Positions 28,563 to 40,379 are shown, counted from the stretch's first letter. The stretch: 64,000 nt of DNA from an uncultured Gemmatimonadales bacterium (GCA_963708135.1 OY970192.1:2304001-2368000), one strand, 5' to 3'. Program-made: numbers and translations. The notes: generated from the sequence alone by a model not told the origin.

Positions 28563-30842
28563 CTACTCGTCCCCGCAGATCGACTCCAGCGACTCGATCC
28601 CGACAAGGACCTCGCGCGGGCGGGAGCCGTCCGGCGGCCCGAGCACGCCGGCGTTGTGGAGCTGATCGATGATCCGCGCCGCGCGGCCGTAGCCGATCCG
28701 GAGCCGGCGCTGGAGCAGCGAAGTGGAGCCCTGCTGGAACTGCACGCACACCTCGGCGGCCTGCCGGAAGAGCGCGTCGCGCTCGTCGTCGTAGCCGTCC
28801 GGGCCGTCGTCGCGCGCGGCATCCGCCTCGTGGGCGCGCACGACCTCGAGGATGTCCTCCTCCAGTCCGGCGCGTTCCGCCCCCTTCTGGCGGTACCACG
28901 CCATCAGCCGCTCCGTCTCTTCGGTGGAGAGGAAGGCGCCCTGGATCCGCACTGGATCCGACGTGCCGGGCGGAAGGAAGAGCATGTCGCCGTTGCCCAG
29001 CAGCGCATCGGCGCCGTTCTGGTCGAGGATGGTGCGCGAGTCCACCTTCGCGCTCACGCGGAACGCTATGCGGCAGGGGAAGTTGGCCTTGATGAGGCCC
29101 GTGATCACGTTCACACTGGGGCGCTGCGTGGCGACGATCAGGTGGATGCCGATCGCGCGCGCCTTCTGCGCCAGCTGCGCCAGCGGGCGCTCGATCTCGG
29201 CCTGCACCGCCAGCATCAGGTCGGCCAGCTCGTCCACCACCACCACGATGAACGGCAGCGGACCGTCCGTATACGCCCAGCGCTCCGGGTCCGAGTCGTC
29301 GCCCGCGGCCTCGGGCCGCCGCAGCGGCTGCCCCTCCGACGCCCGGCGGTTGAACTCCGCCAGCGAGCGCGCCCCGTTCTCTGACAGCAGCTCGTAGCGC
29401 CGCTCCATCTCGAGCACGGCCCACTTGAGCACCGTGGCGGCGTCCTGCGGGTTCGTGATCACCGGATGCCGCAGGTGCGGCAGGTCCGAGTACATGCTCA
29501 GCTCGACCATCTTCGGATCGACCATCAGCATGCGCAGCTGCTGCGGCGAGTGCCGGTACACCAGGCTCGTGATCAGCGTGTTGATGCAGACCGACTTGCC
29601 CGACCCGGTCGCACCCGCGATCAACAGGTGCGGCATGCGCGCCAGGTCGGCCACGTAGGCGCGACCCATCAGATCCTTCCCGAGCGCCAGCGGCAGCTGG
29701 CCCCGGCTGCGCTGGAACGTCGTCGCCTCCAGGATCTCGCGCAGCGCCACCACCTCCGCCTCCGGGTTCGGCACCTCCACGCCCACCGCCCCCTTCCCCG
29801 GGATCGGCGCCACGATCCGCACGCTCGGCGCCTTCAGCGCCAGCGCCAGGTCCGCATCCAGCGCCGCGATCCGGTTCACCTTCACCCCCGGCGCCGGCAC
29901 CACCTCGAACTGCGTCACCACCGGCCCCGTCGTGCGCCCGCCGATGCTTCCCTCCACCTTGAACGTCTGCAGCGTCCGGATCAGCACCTCGCCCAGCCGG
30001 TCCAGCTCCGCCTCGCTGAGCGAGGCGTCCCGCGTCGCCGGCGGGTCGAGCAGCGACGCCGGCGGCCGGTCCGGCGAGTCCGGATCGCCGAAGTCCTCGA
30101 GCGAATGCTCCGTCGGCGGCGCGGCCCTGCGCCGCTTGGCCCGCCCGACCAGGGCCCGCTGGATCGGCGCCAGGACACCTTCGGGCGCGTCCGGCTCCGG
30201 CGCGGCGCCGGGTAGCACGCCGGGCTCGACCGGCGCCGCCGGAGCCGTCTCGAGCGCGGCGGCGGCCCGTTCCGCGGCGCCCTGGCGGAGCCGTGCGACG
30301 ACGGCGCGGCCCGCGCGCACCACTCCCTGCGCGAGCGGCCGCGCCGGGTTCCAGCCGATGGTCGCCACAGAGGCGATGATCCCGAGGAAGAGCAGCGCCA
30401 GCAGCCCGCCCAGCCAGCTCAGCAGCGCGACCAGCGGCACGGCCACGGTGCGACCCAGCCAGCCGGCCATCTCCGGGTCCAGCCACGCGGCGCCGGTGGG
30501 AGCGAGCTCGGGCGTGGCGAGCGCGAGGGCGGCGGGAACCAGCACGGCGAGCGCGGTCAGGAGCGCGGCCCAGCGGAACGTCGTCTCCAGGGACAGCCAC
30601 CCGAAGCACGCCCCGCCCGGCAGTGCCACCAGCACGGGCAGGAGCACCGTGCCCGCGCCGAAGACGAAGAACGCGCCGCGAGCCACGGCGCGGCCGAGCA
30701 CGCCCATGAGGTTGCCGGAGGCGAAGAGGCGCACGCCGCCCGAGCCGAGCAGGCCGAGCGGCACCAGGCTGAGGAGCAGGAAGAGCCCGAGCGAGAGGAG
30801 GGAGACTCCGATCAGCTCGCGTCGCTGGGTGGAGGTCAGCAT
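28563..30842 (-). CDS. ftsK: DNA translocase FtsK
   Basis: 4-TM N-terminus, PHLLIAGATGSGKS, DELADLM, ATQRPS motifs and gamma domain LQRRLRIGYGRAAR. Confidence 0.97.
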   Translation of the reverse strand: MLTSTQRRELIGVSLLSLGLFLLLSLVPLGLLGSGGVRLFASGNLMGVLGRAVARGAFFVFGAGTVLLPVLVALPGGACFGWLSLETTFRWAALLTALAVLVPAALALATPELAPTGAAWLDPEMAGWLGRTVAVPLVALLSWLGGLLALLFLGIIASVATIGWNPARPLAQGVVRAGRAVVARLRQGAAERAAAALETAPAAPVEPGVLPGAAPEPDAPEGVLAPIQRALVGRAKRRRAAPPTEHSLEDFGDPDSPDRPPASLLDPPATRDASLSEAELDRLGEVLIRTLQTFKVEGSIGGRTTGPVVTQFEVVPAPGVKVNRIAALDADLALALKAPSVRIVAPIPGKGAVGVEVPNPEAEVVALREILEATTFQRSRGQLPLALGKDLMGRAYVADLARMPHLLIAGATGSGKSVCINTLITSLVYRHSPQQLRMLMVDPKMVELSMYSDLPHLRHPVITNPQDAATVLKWAVLEMERRYELLSENGARSLAEFNRRASEGQPLRRPEAAGDDSDPERWAYTDGPLPFIVVVVDELADLMLAVQAEIERPLAQLAQKARAIGIHLIVATQRPSVNVITGLIKANFPCRIAFRVSAKVDSRTILDQNGADALLGNGDMLFLPPGTSDPVRIQGAFLSTEETERLMAWYRQKGAERAGLEEDILEVVRAHEADAARDDGPDGYDDERDALFRQAAEVCVQFQQGSTSLLQRRLRIGYGRAARIIDQLHNAGVLGPPDGSRPREVLVGIESLESICGDE

Positions 30843-30853
30843 GGTTTGCCTTG

Positions 30854-31575
30854 CTACTGCAGGGTTACTTGCCGGTCGCGCAGGTGGGGCACGAGGTCGT
30901 AGAGATCCAACTGGGCGCAGAACGCAAGGTCCGCCTCGAAGCCCTCCTCGATCAGCTGCCGCCCAGCCGTCGTGCGCCGCAGAGTGGCCGCGATGCGCGG
31001 AAGGTGTCGGCGCGCGAGCTGGACCGAGGCAAGCGCCGCGTCGTTCCAGCGGTGCGGTCCCGCGAGCCGCTCCTGGATCCCCCGGATGAGCGCTCCCGCG
31101 CACACCGCGTCCTCGAGCGCAAAGCGCCGCTCCCGCCCCGCGCACACGATCGCGACGCCGCCGCCGCCAGCCTCCGCCACCTCCGCGGCCACCGCGCCGA
31201 CGTTGAGCAGCGAAGCGATGAGCGTGTTCTTCACCGCCGCGACCGCGGCGAGGGCAGCCGTCCCGTTGGTCGTCGTCATGACCAGCGGCCGACCGCTCAC
31301 GCGCTCCTTCGTGAACTCGAGCGGCGAGTTGCCCAGGTCGAACCCCTCGATGCGAACGCTGCGCCGCTCGCCGCACAGGAGCGCCTGGTCCCGGCCGATG
31401 TTCTGCGCGATCCGCACGGCCTCGTCCGCCGTGGTCACGGGGAACACCGCCCGCGCCCCGTTCGCCAGCGCCTCGACGATGGTGCTCGTGGCCCGCAGCA
31501 CGTCGATCACGACCACGGTCTCATCCGTGCTCGCGCCGGCGCCCTGCTCGCCCGGCGTGAAGAAGACCTCGATCC

Positions 31576-31579
<4 letters not shown>
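30854..31579 (-). CDS. comB: 2-Phosphosulfolactate phosphatase (ComB family)
   Basis: [14 protein letters not shown]...[14 protein letters not shown] and EDAVCAG motifs. Confidence 0.92.
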
Positions 31580-32937
<1,358 letters not shown>

Positions 32938-33043
32938 GACTTCCGGCTTCCTCGTGCACCGCCCCCGGACGCTGGCCGCCCCCGCACGGCCGCAGCACGG
33001 CGGGGGCGGAGCGGGAACGGACGCGGCCCCTCCGCGCCCGCGC

Positions 33044-33709
33044 TCAGCTCTTCGTCGGCTCGATACGGAAGAGCACCTGCCCGAACTCCACCGGCTCCCC
33101 GTTCTCGATCAGGACCTCGCGCACCACCCCCTCCACCTCCGACTCCATCTCGTTCATCAGCTTCATGGCTTCCAGGATACACAGCGTCTGCCCCTTCGAG
33201 ACCCGCGTCCCCACCTCCACGTAGGGCGGGGCCTCCGGCGCCGGAGCGCGGTAGAAGGTCCCCACCATCGGCGACTTCACCTCCGCCAGCGTCGAGCGCG
33301 CCGGCTCCGGCGCGGCGGCGTGCTCCGCGGCAGGCGTACCCCCCGCCGCCGGCGCGGGCGCGGCCGGCGCCGCCACGCTCGCCGGCGTGGCCGGCGCCGC
33401 GCCCGGCTGCGCAAGCGCCGCGGCCGCCACCGGCGGCGGCGTCTTCGCGATCCGGATGCGCGTGCCCGCCCGCGTGATCTCGATCGAGTCGATGCCGCTG
33501 TCGTCGACCGCCTCGATGAGGCCGCGAACAAAATCCAGGTCGATCATCGCGCGACCCGTCGCCCCGTTGCCCTGCCGGGCCGCCACCCCGGCCCCGCTTC
33601 CTGCCGCCGCGCGCCCGTTGCGCGGCTCCTCGGTGCCCGCACGGCCCCGGCGTCCGGCCTCGCCTCCCGCCCTGCCGCGGCTTTCCTTGCGCTCGCCATT
33701 TCCCGGCAT
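33044..33709 (-). CDS. accB: Acetyl-CoA carboxylase biotin carboxyl carrier protein
   Basis: SPMVGTFY and EAMKLMNE biotinylation motif. Strong SD before ATG 33709; the conserved region begins at Met 33547. Confidence 0.95.
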   Translation of the reverse strand: MPGNGERKESRGRAGGEAGRRGRAGTEEPRNGRAAAGSGAGVAARQGNGATGRAMIDLDFVRGLIEAVDDSGIDSIEITRAGTRIRIAKTPPPVAAAALAQPGAAPATPASVAAPAAPAPAAGGTPAAEHAAAPEPARSTLAEVKSPMVGTFYRAPAPEAPPYVEVGTRVSKGQTLCILEAMKLMNEMESEVEGVVREVLIENGEPVEFGQVLFRIEPTKS

Positions 33710-33724
33710 CCCACGACCTCCTCC

Positions 33725-34189
33725 TCAGTCCGAGTCGGCCCGCGCCCCGGTCCCTTCCGCGCGTAGGCGCGAAACCAGACCCCGCAGACCCAGCAGGTAG
33801 CTCTCCGCGCCGAAGCCGCTCACCGTGCCGACCGCGCGCGACGCCAGGAGCGATCTCCGACGGAACGCTTCCCGGGCGTGAAGATTCGACAGGTGCACCT
33901 CCACGAACGGGCGCCCGACCCCCACGAGCGCATCCCGCAGCGCCACGCTGGTGTGCGTGTACCCGCCCGCGTTCACCAGGAACCCATCCGTTCGCGAAGC
34001 AGCCGACTGGATATGGTCGATCAACTCCCCCTCGCCGTTCGCCTGAAACGCCTCCACCACCACCCCGAGCTCCTCCGCGAGCGCGTGGATCCGCCCGTTC
34101 ACCTCCGCGAGCGTCTCCACGCCGTAGACCTCCGGCTCCCGCGAGCCCAGCAGATTGAGGTTGGGCCCGTGGACCACCCCGATTCTCAA
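33725..34189 (-). CDS. aroQ: Type II 3-dehydroquinate dehydratase
   Basis: HGPNLNLLGSREPEVYG, THTSVALRDA and EVHLSN motifs; TTG start overlapping the upstream TGA. Confidence 0.96.
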   Translation of the reverse strand: MRIGVVHGPNLNLLGSREPEVYGVETLAEVNGRIHALAEELGVVVEAFQANGEGELIDHIQSAASRTDGFLVNAGGYTHTSVALRDALVGVGRPFVEVHLSNLHAREAFRRRSLLASRAVGTVSGFGAESYLLGLRGLVSRLRAEGTGARADSD

Positions 34190-36465
34190 TGCTTCAGACT
34201 CTGCAGCCACGCCCGGAACAGCTCGAGATCGTCATCCTCGGCCTCCACCTCCGCCGGCGGCACCGGACGCGGCCCCCGTCCCGCGGACGACTCGGGCGAC
34301 GCGGGGGCCGGCGAATCCTCGCCGGCCTCCTCCGCGCCAAACAGCCACGACAGGTCATCCTCCGGCGACGTCTCCCCCTCGCCGGCGCCGGTCGCCTCGG
34401 CACCGCCCGCGCTGCCCGCGGCCTCCGTCGCCCCACCAAGGTCGTAGGGCGTCCAGCCGTCCTCGTCCTCCTCCGCTTCCGACTCCTCGGGCTCGGCCTC
34501 CTCCCAGCCCCCGGCCGGCGCCTCCAGCGCCTCGACCTCGATCGGCTCCTCCACCTCCAGGAGCCCCGCCACGGGTTCAGACCCGGCCGATCCGGGCGAG
34601 GCCGGGGAGCCCATCTCGGCGGGCCGCCACTCCAGCAACCCGGAAAGATACGCACCGATGCTCGGCCCCGCCTCCTCTTCCGCCGCCTCCGCCCATACGT
34701 ACGGCGTGGTCTCCGCCGCCGGGGCCGGTCGCGGGTCGGTCCACGGCGTGGCGGATTCTTCCGGCTCTTCCATCGCGGGCGCCGCCCCGAAGGCGTCCGC
34801 TTCGGCCGCCTCCCGCCAGAGGTCGCGCTCCGCGCCGCCCGCGCCGCCCGCAGGTGCCACGGCGTCTCCTCGCATCTCCTGCTCGATCTCCTCGAGCCGC
34901 GCCCGCAGCCGCGCGTCGTCCGGCCGGTCCCGCAGCAGCGACTGGTAGACGTCGGCTGCACGGCTCAGGAGTCCCTGGCGACGGTAGAGCTCCGCCATCG
35001 TCTCCGTCGTCATCGCGGCCGCGGCTTCTTCTTCCTCCGGCCCGGCGTCCGCCCACTCCACCATCCCCGGCGCCTCCAGCTCCTTGACGGGCGGGTGCGC
35101 CGGCGCGACCGCGCCGGAAGCCGGCGCGGACTCCGCCCGCTCGGCGGCATGCGGCTCGCCCACCTCCCCCGCACCGGCTTCGGGAGCGGCCGACTCCGCC
35201 TCGGGCTCGGCGGCCCCGGCCGTCTCCGCCTCCCGCCGGATCTCCTCGCGCGCGGCGGCTTCGGCTTCATCCTCCCGCGCCGCCGGAGGCTCGTCGCCGA
35301 GCGCCGCGCCGTCCGCGACCCCGGCGCCGGTACCCGCCCCGGCATCCTCGGCCTGCGCCGCCGCGGCGGGAGCCTCGCGACTCTCCTCGACGGCGTCGCC
35401 AACGCGAGGCTCCGGAACCGCGGGGCTCTCCGCGAACGCCTCCTCGGCCTCGGCGAGTCCCCCGGCACCTTCCGGGCCGCCGGCCCCCGGCGTCGGCTCC
35501 GCCAGCGAGAGGCCCTCGACCATGAACGCCTCCTCGGGCGGCTGCGCCGCGGTACCTCCCTCCTCCTCCCCCCACGCCTCCACCTCGAAGGAGAACGCCG
35601 CCGCATCCAGGTCGAGGGGCTCCGCCTCCATCCTCTCGCGGGCTGGCTCGAACCCGGCCGGGGGGGCCATCTCCCCCTCCGCCCGCGGCTCGGACCCGGT
35701 CGGAGATTCCGCCTCCACAGCGGACCCGAACACGCTCGGGGACTCCGGCTCCGCGGGCGCCTCGAACCCGCCCACGCCCTCCGGCTCCGACTCCACCAAT
35801 GGCCCCGGCGGCTGCTCGCCGTCCAGGTCCGCGCCCGGCCCGAGCCCGCCGGACTGCGGCCAATCCGGCTCCCCGACGGCGCCGGGCCCCGCCACGGGCT
35901 CCGCGCTGTCCGCCGCTTCGGCCGTGTCTACGGGCTCGCGAAGCTCGGGCGAGCCCCACTCGTCAGCGGCGAGGCCCGGCGCGCCCTCCCCGGCCGGCGC
36001 GGTCCCGGCACCAGTCCCGGGCGCCGTCTGCTCCTCGGTCACCGTCGGCGCGGCGGGCGCCGCCTCCATAGCCGCTATGGTCGCGTTCAGGTCCTCGTCG
36101 GTCGGGTCGAGCGACTGGAGCTGGCGGTAGTAGTCGAGGGCTTCCGCCGCCCGGCCGTCCTCCCGGGCCAGCTCGGCCAATGCCCGGACCGCCACCCGGT
36201 TCTCGGCGTCCAGCTCCAGCACGCGCAGAAAGGCCCGCTCCGCCTCCGCGCGCTCGCCGAGGTCCTGCAACACGCGCCCTCGGACCACGTACGCGCTGGA
36301 GTAGTCGGGGTGGCGCTGGAGTCCATCATCGAGCACTTCACGCGCCCGCTGGAGATCGCCCGCCTTGCGGTACGCCTCCGCCAGATGCGTGAAGAGCCGA
36401 CCCTCCGGGTTGTTCGCGTACAGCGCTTCGAGCTTCGCGATCTCGTCGCGGTGGGACTCGGCCAT
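34186..36465 (-). CDS. TPR protein with long acidic disordered linkers
   Basis: N-terminal TPRs (FTHLAEAYRKAG...), internal TETMAELYRRQG TPR, E/A/P/G-rich linkers, C-terminal helix DDLELFRAWLQSLKH. Confidence 0.85.
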   Translation of the reverse strand: MAESHRDEIAKLEALYANNPEGRLFTHLAEAYRKAGDLQRAREVLDDGLQRHPDYSSAYVVRGRVLQDLGERAEAERAFLRVLELDAENRVAVRALAELAREDGRAAEALDYYRQLQSLDPTDEDLNATIAAMEAAPAAPTVTEEQTAPGTGAGTAPAGEGAPGLAADEWGSPELREPVDTAEAADSAEPVAGPGAVGEPDWPQSGGLGPGADLDGEQPPGPLVESEPEGVGGFEAPAEPESPSVFGSAVEAESPTGSEPRAEGEMAPPAGFEPARERMEAEPLDLDAAAFSFEVEAWGEEEGGTAAQPPEEAFMVEGLSLAEPTPGAGGPEGAGGLAEAEEAFAESPAVPEPRVGDAVEESREAPAAAAQAEDAGAGTGAGVADGAALGDEPPAAREDEAEAAAREEIRREAETAGAAEPEAESAAPEAGAGEVGEPHAAERAESAPASGAVAPAHPPVKELEAPGMVEWADAGPEEEEAAAAMTTETMAELYRRQGLLSRAADVYQSLLRDRPDDARLRARLEEIEQEMRGDAVAPAGGAGGAERDLWREAAEADAFGAAPAMEEPEESATPWTDPRPAPAAETTPYVWAEAAEEEAGPSIGAYLSGLLEWRPAEMGSPASPGSAGSEPVAGLLEVEEPIEVEALEAPAGGWEEAEPEESEAEEDEDGWTPYDLGGATEAAGSAGGAEATGAGEGETSPEDDLSWLFGAEEAGEDSPAPASPESSAGRGPRPVPPAEVEAEDDDLELFRAWLQSLKH

Positions 36466-36514
36466 CAGCCCAAACTCCCAGGGAAACCAGGCTAGGTTGG
36501 AAGGCGAGTGAGGG

Positions 36515-36544
36515 AAAATAGGGGGCCCTCCGCGGCAGTGTCAA
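36515..36544 (-). promoter_or_regulatory. Promoter TTGACA-N18-TATTTT for the TPR-aroQ-acc operon
   Basis: -35 at 36539-36544, -10 at 36515-36520. Confidence 0.7.
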
Positions 36545-36573
36545 CGCGGCCGTCCCCCTCGCCCCGGATGCCG

Positions 36574-36625
36574 GGAACTCCGCATAGCGACGCGGGTTGA
36601 AACTCCCTGGGTGGACGGTTACATT
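36574..36625 (+). promoter_or_regulatory. Tandem promoters for the ppiD-like gene: ECF-like GGAAC-N17-GTTG and sigma70-like TTGAAA-N17-TACATT
   Basis: GGAAC at 36574-36578 with GTTG at 36596-36599; TTGAAA at 36597-36602 with TACATT at 36620-36625. Confidence 0.55.
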
Positions 36626-36680
36626 GGCATGTTCCACCGCAACCGTTTTCAATGCCGGAGCCGGCGGGAGCTGTCGTCCT

Positions 36681-38520
36681 ATGATGCGTCAGATGCGAGA
36701 CCAGATGAAGCTGATCATGATCGTCACCTCGGTGGCGTTCGTCGGTCTCATGGTGTTCGGCTGGGGCATGGACATCTCCGGGCGCAGCGGCGCGAGCAAC
36801 GGCCAGATCGGCGAGGTCAACGGCCAGCCGGTGTCGTACCAGGAGTTCAACACCGTCTACCGCAACCTGTACGACCAGCAGCAGCGGACGCAGAAGGCGC
36901 CGATGTCGACGTCCATGACGCACCAGCTCGAGGACGCGGCGTGGCGGCAGATCGTGATGCAGAAGCTGATCGACCAGGAGCTCGACCGGCGCGGGATCCG
37001 GGTGCGGGACGAGGAGATCCGTGAAGCGGCGCGGACGTCGCCGCCGCCGGAGTTCATGCAGAACCAGAATGTTCCAGACGGACGGCCACTTCGACCTCTC
37101 GAAGTACCAGCGGTTCCTCGCCTCGCCCGCGGTGGACAACCAGCTGCTGCTCCAGCTGGAGGGCTACTACCGCGACATGATTCCGCGCAGCAAGCTCTAC
37201 TACCAGGTCACGGCGGGCGGCTACGTGGCGGACAGCGAGTTGTGGCGTCGCTACCAGGACCAGCACGAGAGCGCGAAGGTGCGCTTCATCCTGATCGACC
37301 CCGCGCGCGTCATCCCGCCAGCGGCGATCACGGTGACGGACGGCGAGATCAAGAGCTACTACGAGGCGCATCAGGACGAGTTCAAGCGGCCGGCGCACGC
37401 GAGAATCGAGTACGTCGCGATCGACAAGTCGCCGAACGCGGCGGACACGGCCGCGGCGAAGACGAAGGCCGATTCGGTGCGGGCGGCGATCACGGGTGGC
37501 AAGGACTTCGCCGAGGTTGCCAAGGCGGAGTCGTCGGACCAGGGCTCGGCGGCGCGCGGCGGCGAGCTGGGTGTGATCCGCAAGGGGCAGACGGTGCCGG
37601 CATTCGAGCAGGCGGTCTGGTCGCTGAAGGTGGGCGAGCTGAGCGAGCCGGTGCTCACGCAGTTCGGCTACCATATCATCCAGGTGGAGAGCCGCAAGGA
37701 TGATGAGGCGACGGTGCGCCACGTGCTGATCCCGATCAAGGCCTCGCAGGAGCACGAGGACCGCCTGCTGACGGCGGCGGACTCGCTCGAGAAGCTGGGC
37801 GAGACGATGACGCTCCCCGAGGCCGCTCGGGAGATGGGGCTCCAGTCCCGCACGACCGAGCTGAACCAGCAGGTGCCGGTGATCCCGGGGGTCGGCCGCG
37901 TGGAGGATGGCGCGGACTGGGTCTTCGATGATGCCAGCCCGAAGGACGTCAGCCAGGTCTTCGAGGGCGACAACGCCTTCTACATGCTGCAGCTGGATTC
38001 GCGCACGCCGGCAGGGGTCCTCTCGCTGGCGGAGGCCACCCCGCTGATTCGTGGCAAGCTGACCCAGGAGAAGCGGCTCGTGAAAGCGCGCGAGGTCGGG
38101 CGTCAGATGGTCGACGAGGTGCAGTCCGGCCGTACGCTCGATGCGGTCGCGCAGAACCATTCGCTGAAGGTCCAGGAGGCGGGCCCCTTCACGCGCAACG
38201 ACTTCGTTCCCGGCCTCGGCCGCGACGATGCCGCCATCGGGACCGCGTTCGGGCTGAAGCCCGGCGAGACGAGCGGGCTCGTGGAATCCAACGATCTGCT
38301 CTACATCATCCAGTCGCTGGAGCGGACGCCCGCCGACCGCAAGGCGTTCGAGGAGCAGAAGGACATGCAGCGCGCCCAGCTCATGAACGCGATGAACGAC
38401 CAGCGCTGGAACGAGTTCCTCGCCTCGCTGCGCGAGAAGGCGGATGTCGTGGACAACCGCGCGAAGGTGCTCAAGGCGTCCGAGCAGAACGCGCCGCTGC
38501 CGCAGCAGGCGCAGTTCTGA
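36681..38520 (+). CDS. ppiD: PpiD/SurA-N domain parvulin chaperone, frameshifted (+1) near 37068
   Basis: MMRQMR N-terminal TM and SurA_N region in frame 36597; MFQTDGHFD...parvulin (FAEVAKAESSD.GSAARGGELG, TQFGYHII) in frame 37021. Confidence 0.85.
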
Positions 38521-38634
38521 TCCGCTGACGGAGGTCGCGGCACGCTGCCCGCGCCCTCGATCCGTTCCCCGTGCCTGGCCGCCCCCGGGAATACGCCGGG
38601 CTCCCGGCTGGCAGGAGCGCCCCCGGGGACGAAG

Positions 38635-38687
38635 ACGCGAGAGAGCGCCCGCCGACCCTCGAAGAGTCGGCGGGCGCTCTCTCGCGT
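38635..38687. terminator. 22-bp perfect hairpin between convergent genes (probable bidirectional terminator)
   Basis: acgcgagagagcgcccgccgac (38635-38656) pairs with gtcggcgggcgctctctcgcgt (38666-38687). Confidence 0.75.
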
Positions 38688-38712
38688 TCTGACTCGTCGG
38701 CCGATCGCCGGC

Positions 38713-39009
38713 TCAGGCCCCCGGCGACTTCTCCTGTGCGACCGGCTGCGGCTGCGGCTGGACCGGCTGCGCGGCCTCGCTGGCCGGCGGGACCGCCGGT
38801 GCCTGGGCTGCGGGGCGGAGCGTCTGCTGCTGCGACGGCGGCTCGTCCGTGCGGTTGATCTCCGACTGGATGTCGTTCATCGAGCGCTTGAACTCCCGGA
38901 TCCCCTTGCCCAGCGAGCCACCGAGCTCCGGCAGTCGCTTGGCGCCGAAGACGAGCAGGAGCACGACCAGGATGAAGATCATCTCCCCGGGCCCAATGTT
39001 GCCGAACAT
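38713..39009 (-). CDS. tatA: Sec-independent translocase TatA
   Basis: GNIGPGE...LLVFGAKRLPELGGSLGKGIREFK. Confidence 0.96.
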   Translation of the reverse strand: MFGNIGPGEMIFILVVLLLVFGAKRLPELGGSLGKGIREFKRSMNDIQSEINRTDEPPSQQQTLRPAAQAPAVPPASEAAQPVQPQPQPVAQEKSPGA

Positions 39010-39031
39010 AAGCTTCTCTCCGCGTAGGTGC

Positions 39032-39307
39032 CTAGAGCCAGGAGCGCATGACGAGCGCCACGATCAGGATGCCGACGAGGCTCAGAGCGTTCAGGTTGAG
39101 TGTCAGCGGCCCGATCACGAACGCGACGGCGATCAGGTCGATGCCCAGTGGCCCGAGTGAGGCGGAAACCGCCGTGGTCAGGAATGCCCGCGCAGCGCTC
39201 TCCGGCATGTAGAGCACGGCGAGCTTGGTGAAGAGCGCGCCGAGGAAGAGCCCGACCACGAGCGTCCACAGAGACCGCGTGAGGCTTTGCCTGCGCGGGC
39301 CGATCAT
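39032..39307 (-). CDS. Small membrane protein (DUF4321-like)
   Basis: LVVGLFLGAL...IDLIAVAFVIGPLTLNLNALSLVGI pattern. Confidence 0.7.
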   Translation of the reverse strand: MIGPRRQSLTRSLWTLVVGLFLGALFTKLAVLYMPESAARAFLTTAVSASLGPLGIDLIAVAFVIGPLTLNLNALSLVGILIVALVMRSWL

Positions 39308-39355
39308 GATACCGTCCTTGGAGTTCGAGGTTCCATGGCCCCCGGGGTCGCCACG

Positions 39356-40342
39356 CTAGCTGCGCCGGTCGATCACGTAAGCCACGGCATCCGCGAGCCC
39401 GGTGGTCGCCGCACCCTCCGGCAGCGCGGCGATGGCCTCTAGGGCGCGCTCCCCGTACTCGCCGGCCCGAGCCCGGGCCGCCTCCAGTCCGCCGTGCTCG
39501 CGCACCAGCTGGATCACCCGCGCAATTCCATCCTCGTCGGGCTCGGCATCCGCGAAGAAGTCCTCGATCTGCCGGCGTGCGGCGCCGTCCATCGCCCCCA
39601 GCGCCATGATCAGCGGAAGCGTGACCTTGTGCTCGCGCAGGTCGTGGCCGGTCGGCTTGCCCGTGACCGCCTCGCTCTCCGTGTAATCGATCAGGTCGTC
39701 GGCGATCTGGAACGCCATGCCGAGCTCGTGCCCGAACCGTGCCAGCGGCCCGCGGTAGGTCTCCTCTCCCATGATGGCGCCCATCTCGCACGCTGCGGAC
39801 ATGAGCGAGGCGGTCTTGGACGCGATCAGCCGGCGGTAGTCCTCCTCGTCGAAGGCCAGCGCGTCGGAGGAGCCGAGCTGCCGCATCTCGCCGACGCTCA
39901 TCTCGTTGGCCGCGCGCGACAGCACCTCGATCAACTCGAGACGCCCCAACCTTGAGAGCTCCGTGACCGACCGGCTGTAGAGGTAGTCGCCCATGATCAC
40001 TGCGGTCTGGTGCGTCCAGAGCGCGTTGACGGTGGGCATGCCGCGCCGCAGCACGGAATGATCAACGGCGTCATCGTGGACGAGGGTGGCCAGGTGGACG
40101 AGCTCGACGGCCGCCGCCACCACCACGGCCCGCGAGTCGGGGCGGTCGCCGACCAGGTTGGAGAGCAGCAGGAGCGTGGGGCGGAACAGCTTGCCGCGTG
40201 CCCAGAGCAGATGCTCGTTCACCTCCTCGATGGGGGTGAAGTCCGTACGCACGATGCGGCGCAACTCGTCTACGACCGCTTCGAGCCCGTCCTTCACGGG
40301 GCGTTGGATCTGGGCGAGCTTCGGCAGCTTCGTTCGGAGCAT
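39356..40342 (-). CDS. Polyprenyl diphosphate synthase (IspB/HepT-like)
   Basis: GKLFRP, LVHDDAVD..RRG, KTASL and FQIADDLID motifs. Confidence 0.95.
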   Translation of the reverse strand: MLRTKLPKLAQIQRPVKDGLEAVVDELRRIVRTDFTPIEEVNEHLLWARGKLFRPTLLLLSNLVGDRPDSRAVVVAAAVELVHLATLVHDDAVDHSVLRRGMPTVNALWTHQTAVIMGDYLYSRSVTELSRLGRLELIEVLSRAANEMSVGEMRQLGSSDALAFDEEDYRRLIASKTASLMSAACEMGAIMGEETYRGPLARFGHELGMAFQIADDLIDYTESEAVTGKPTGHDLREHKVTLPLIMALGAMDGAARRQIEDFFADAEPDEDGIARVIQLVREHGGLEAARARAGEYGERALEAIAALPEGAATTGLADAVAYVIDRRS

Positions 40343-40379
40343 CGACCCCTACCGGGAACCGGTTCGTCGCGGACCCGGA

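Noticed and set aside
27541..30609. Apparent long fusions or N-terminal extensions in the ORF track (lolA 1022 aa, lnt 873 aa, lptD 1248 aa, ftsK 937 aa, prmA 531 aa, rimI 510 aa)
   Set aside because: The extensions are off-frame overlaps with upstream genes; true starts sit at ATGA/GTGA junctions or nearby ATGs.
36493..36511. taggttggaag..gagtga also present on the minus strand within the prmC insert (~17237-17254)
   Set aside because: Only an 11-nt exact match in different contexts; compatible with chance.
40356..40365. GAACCGGTTC palindrome upstream of the polyprenyl synthase gene
   Set aside because: Spacing does not fit a LexA box; single short occurrence.
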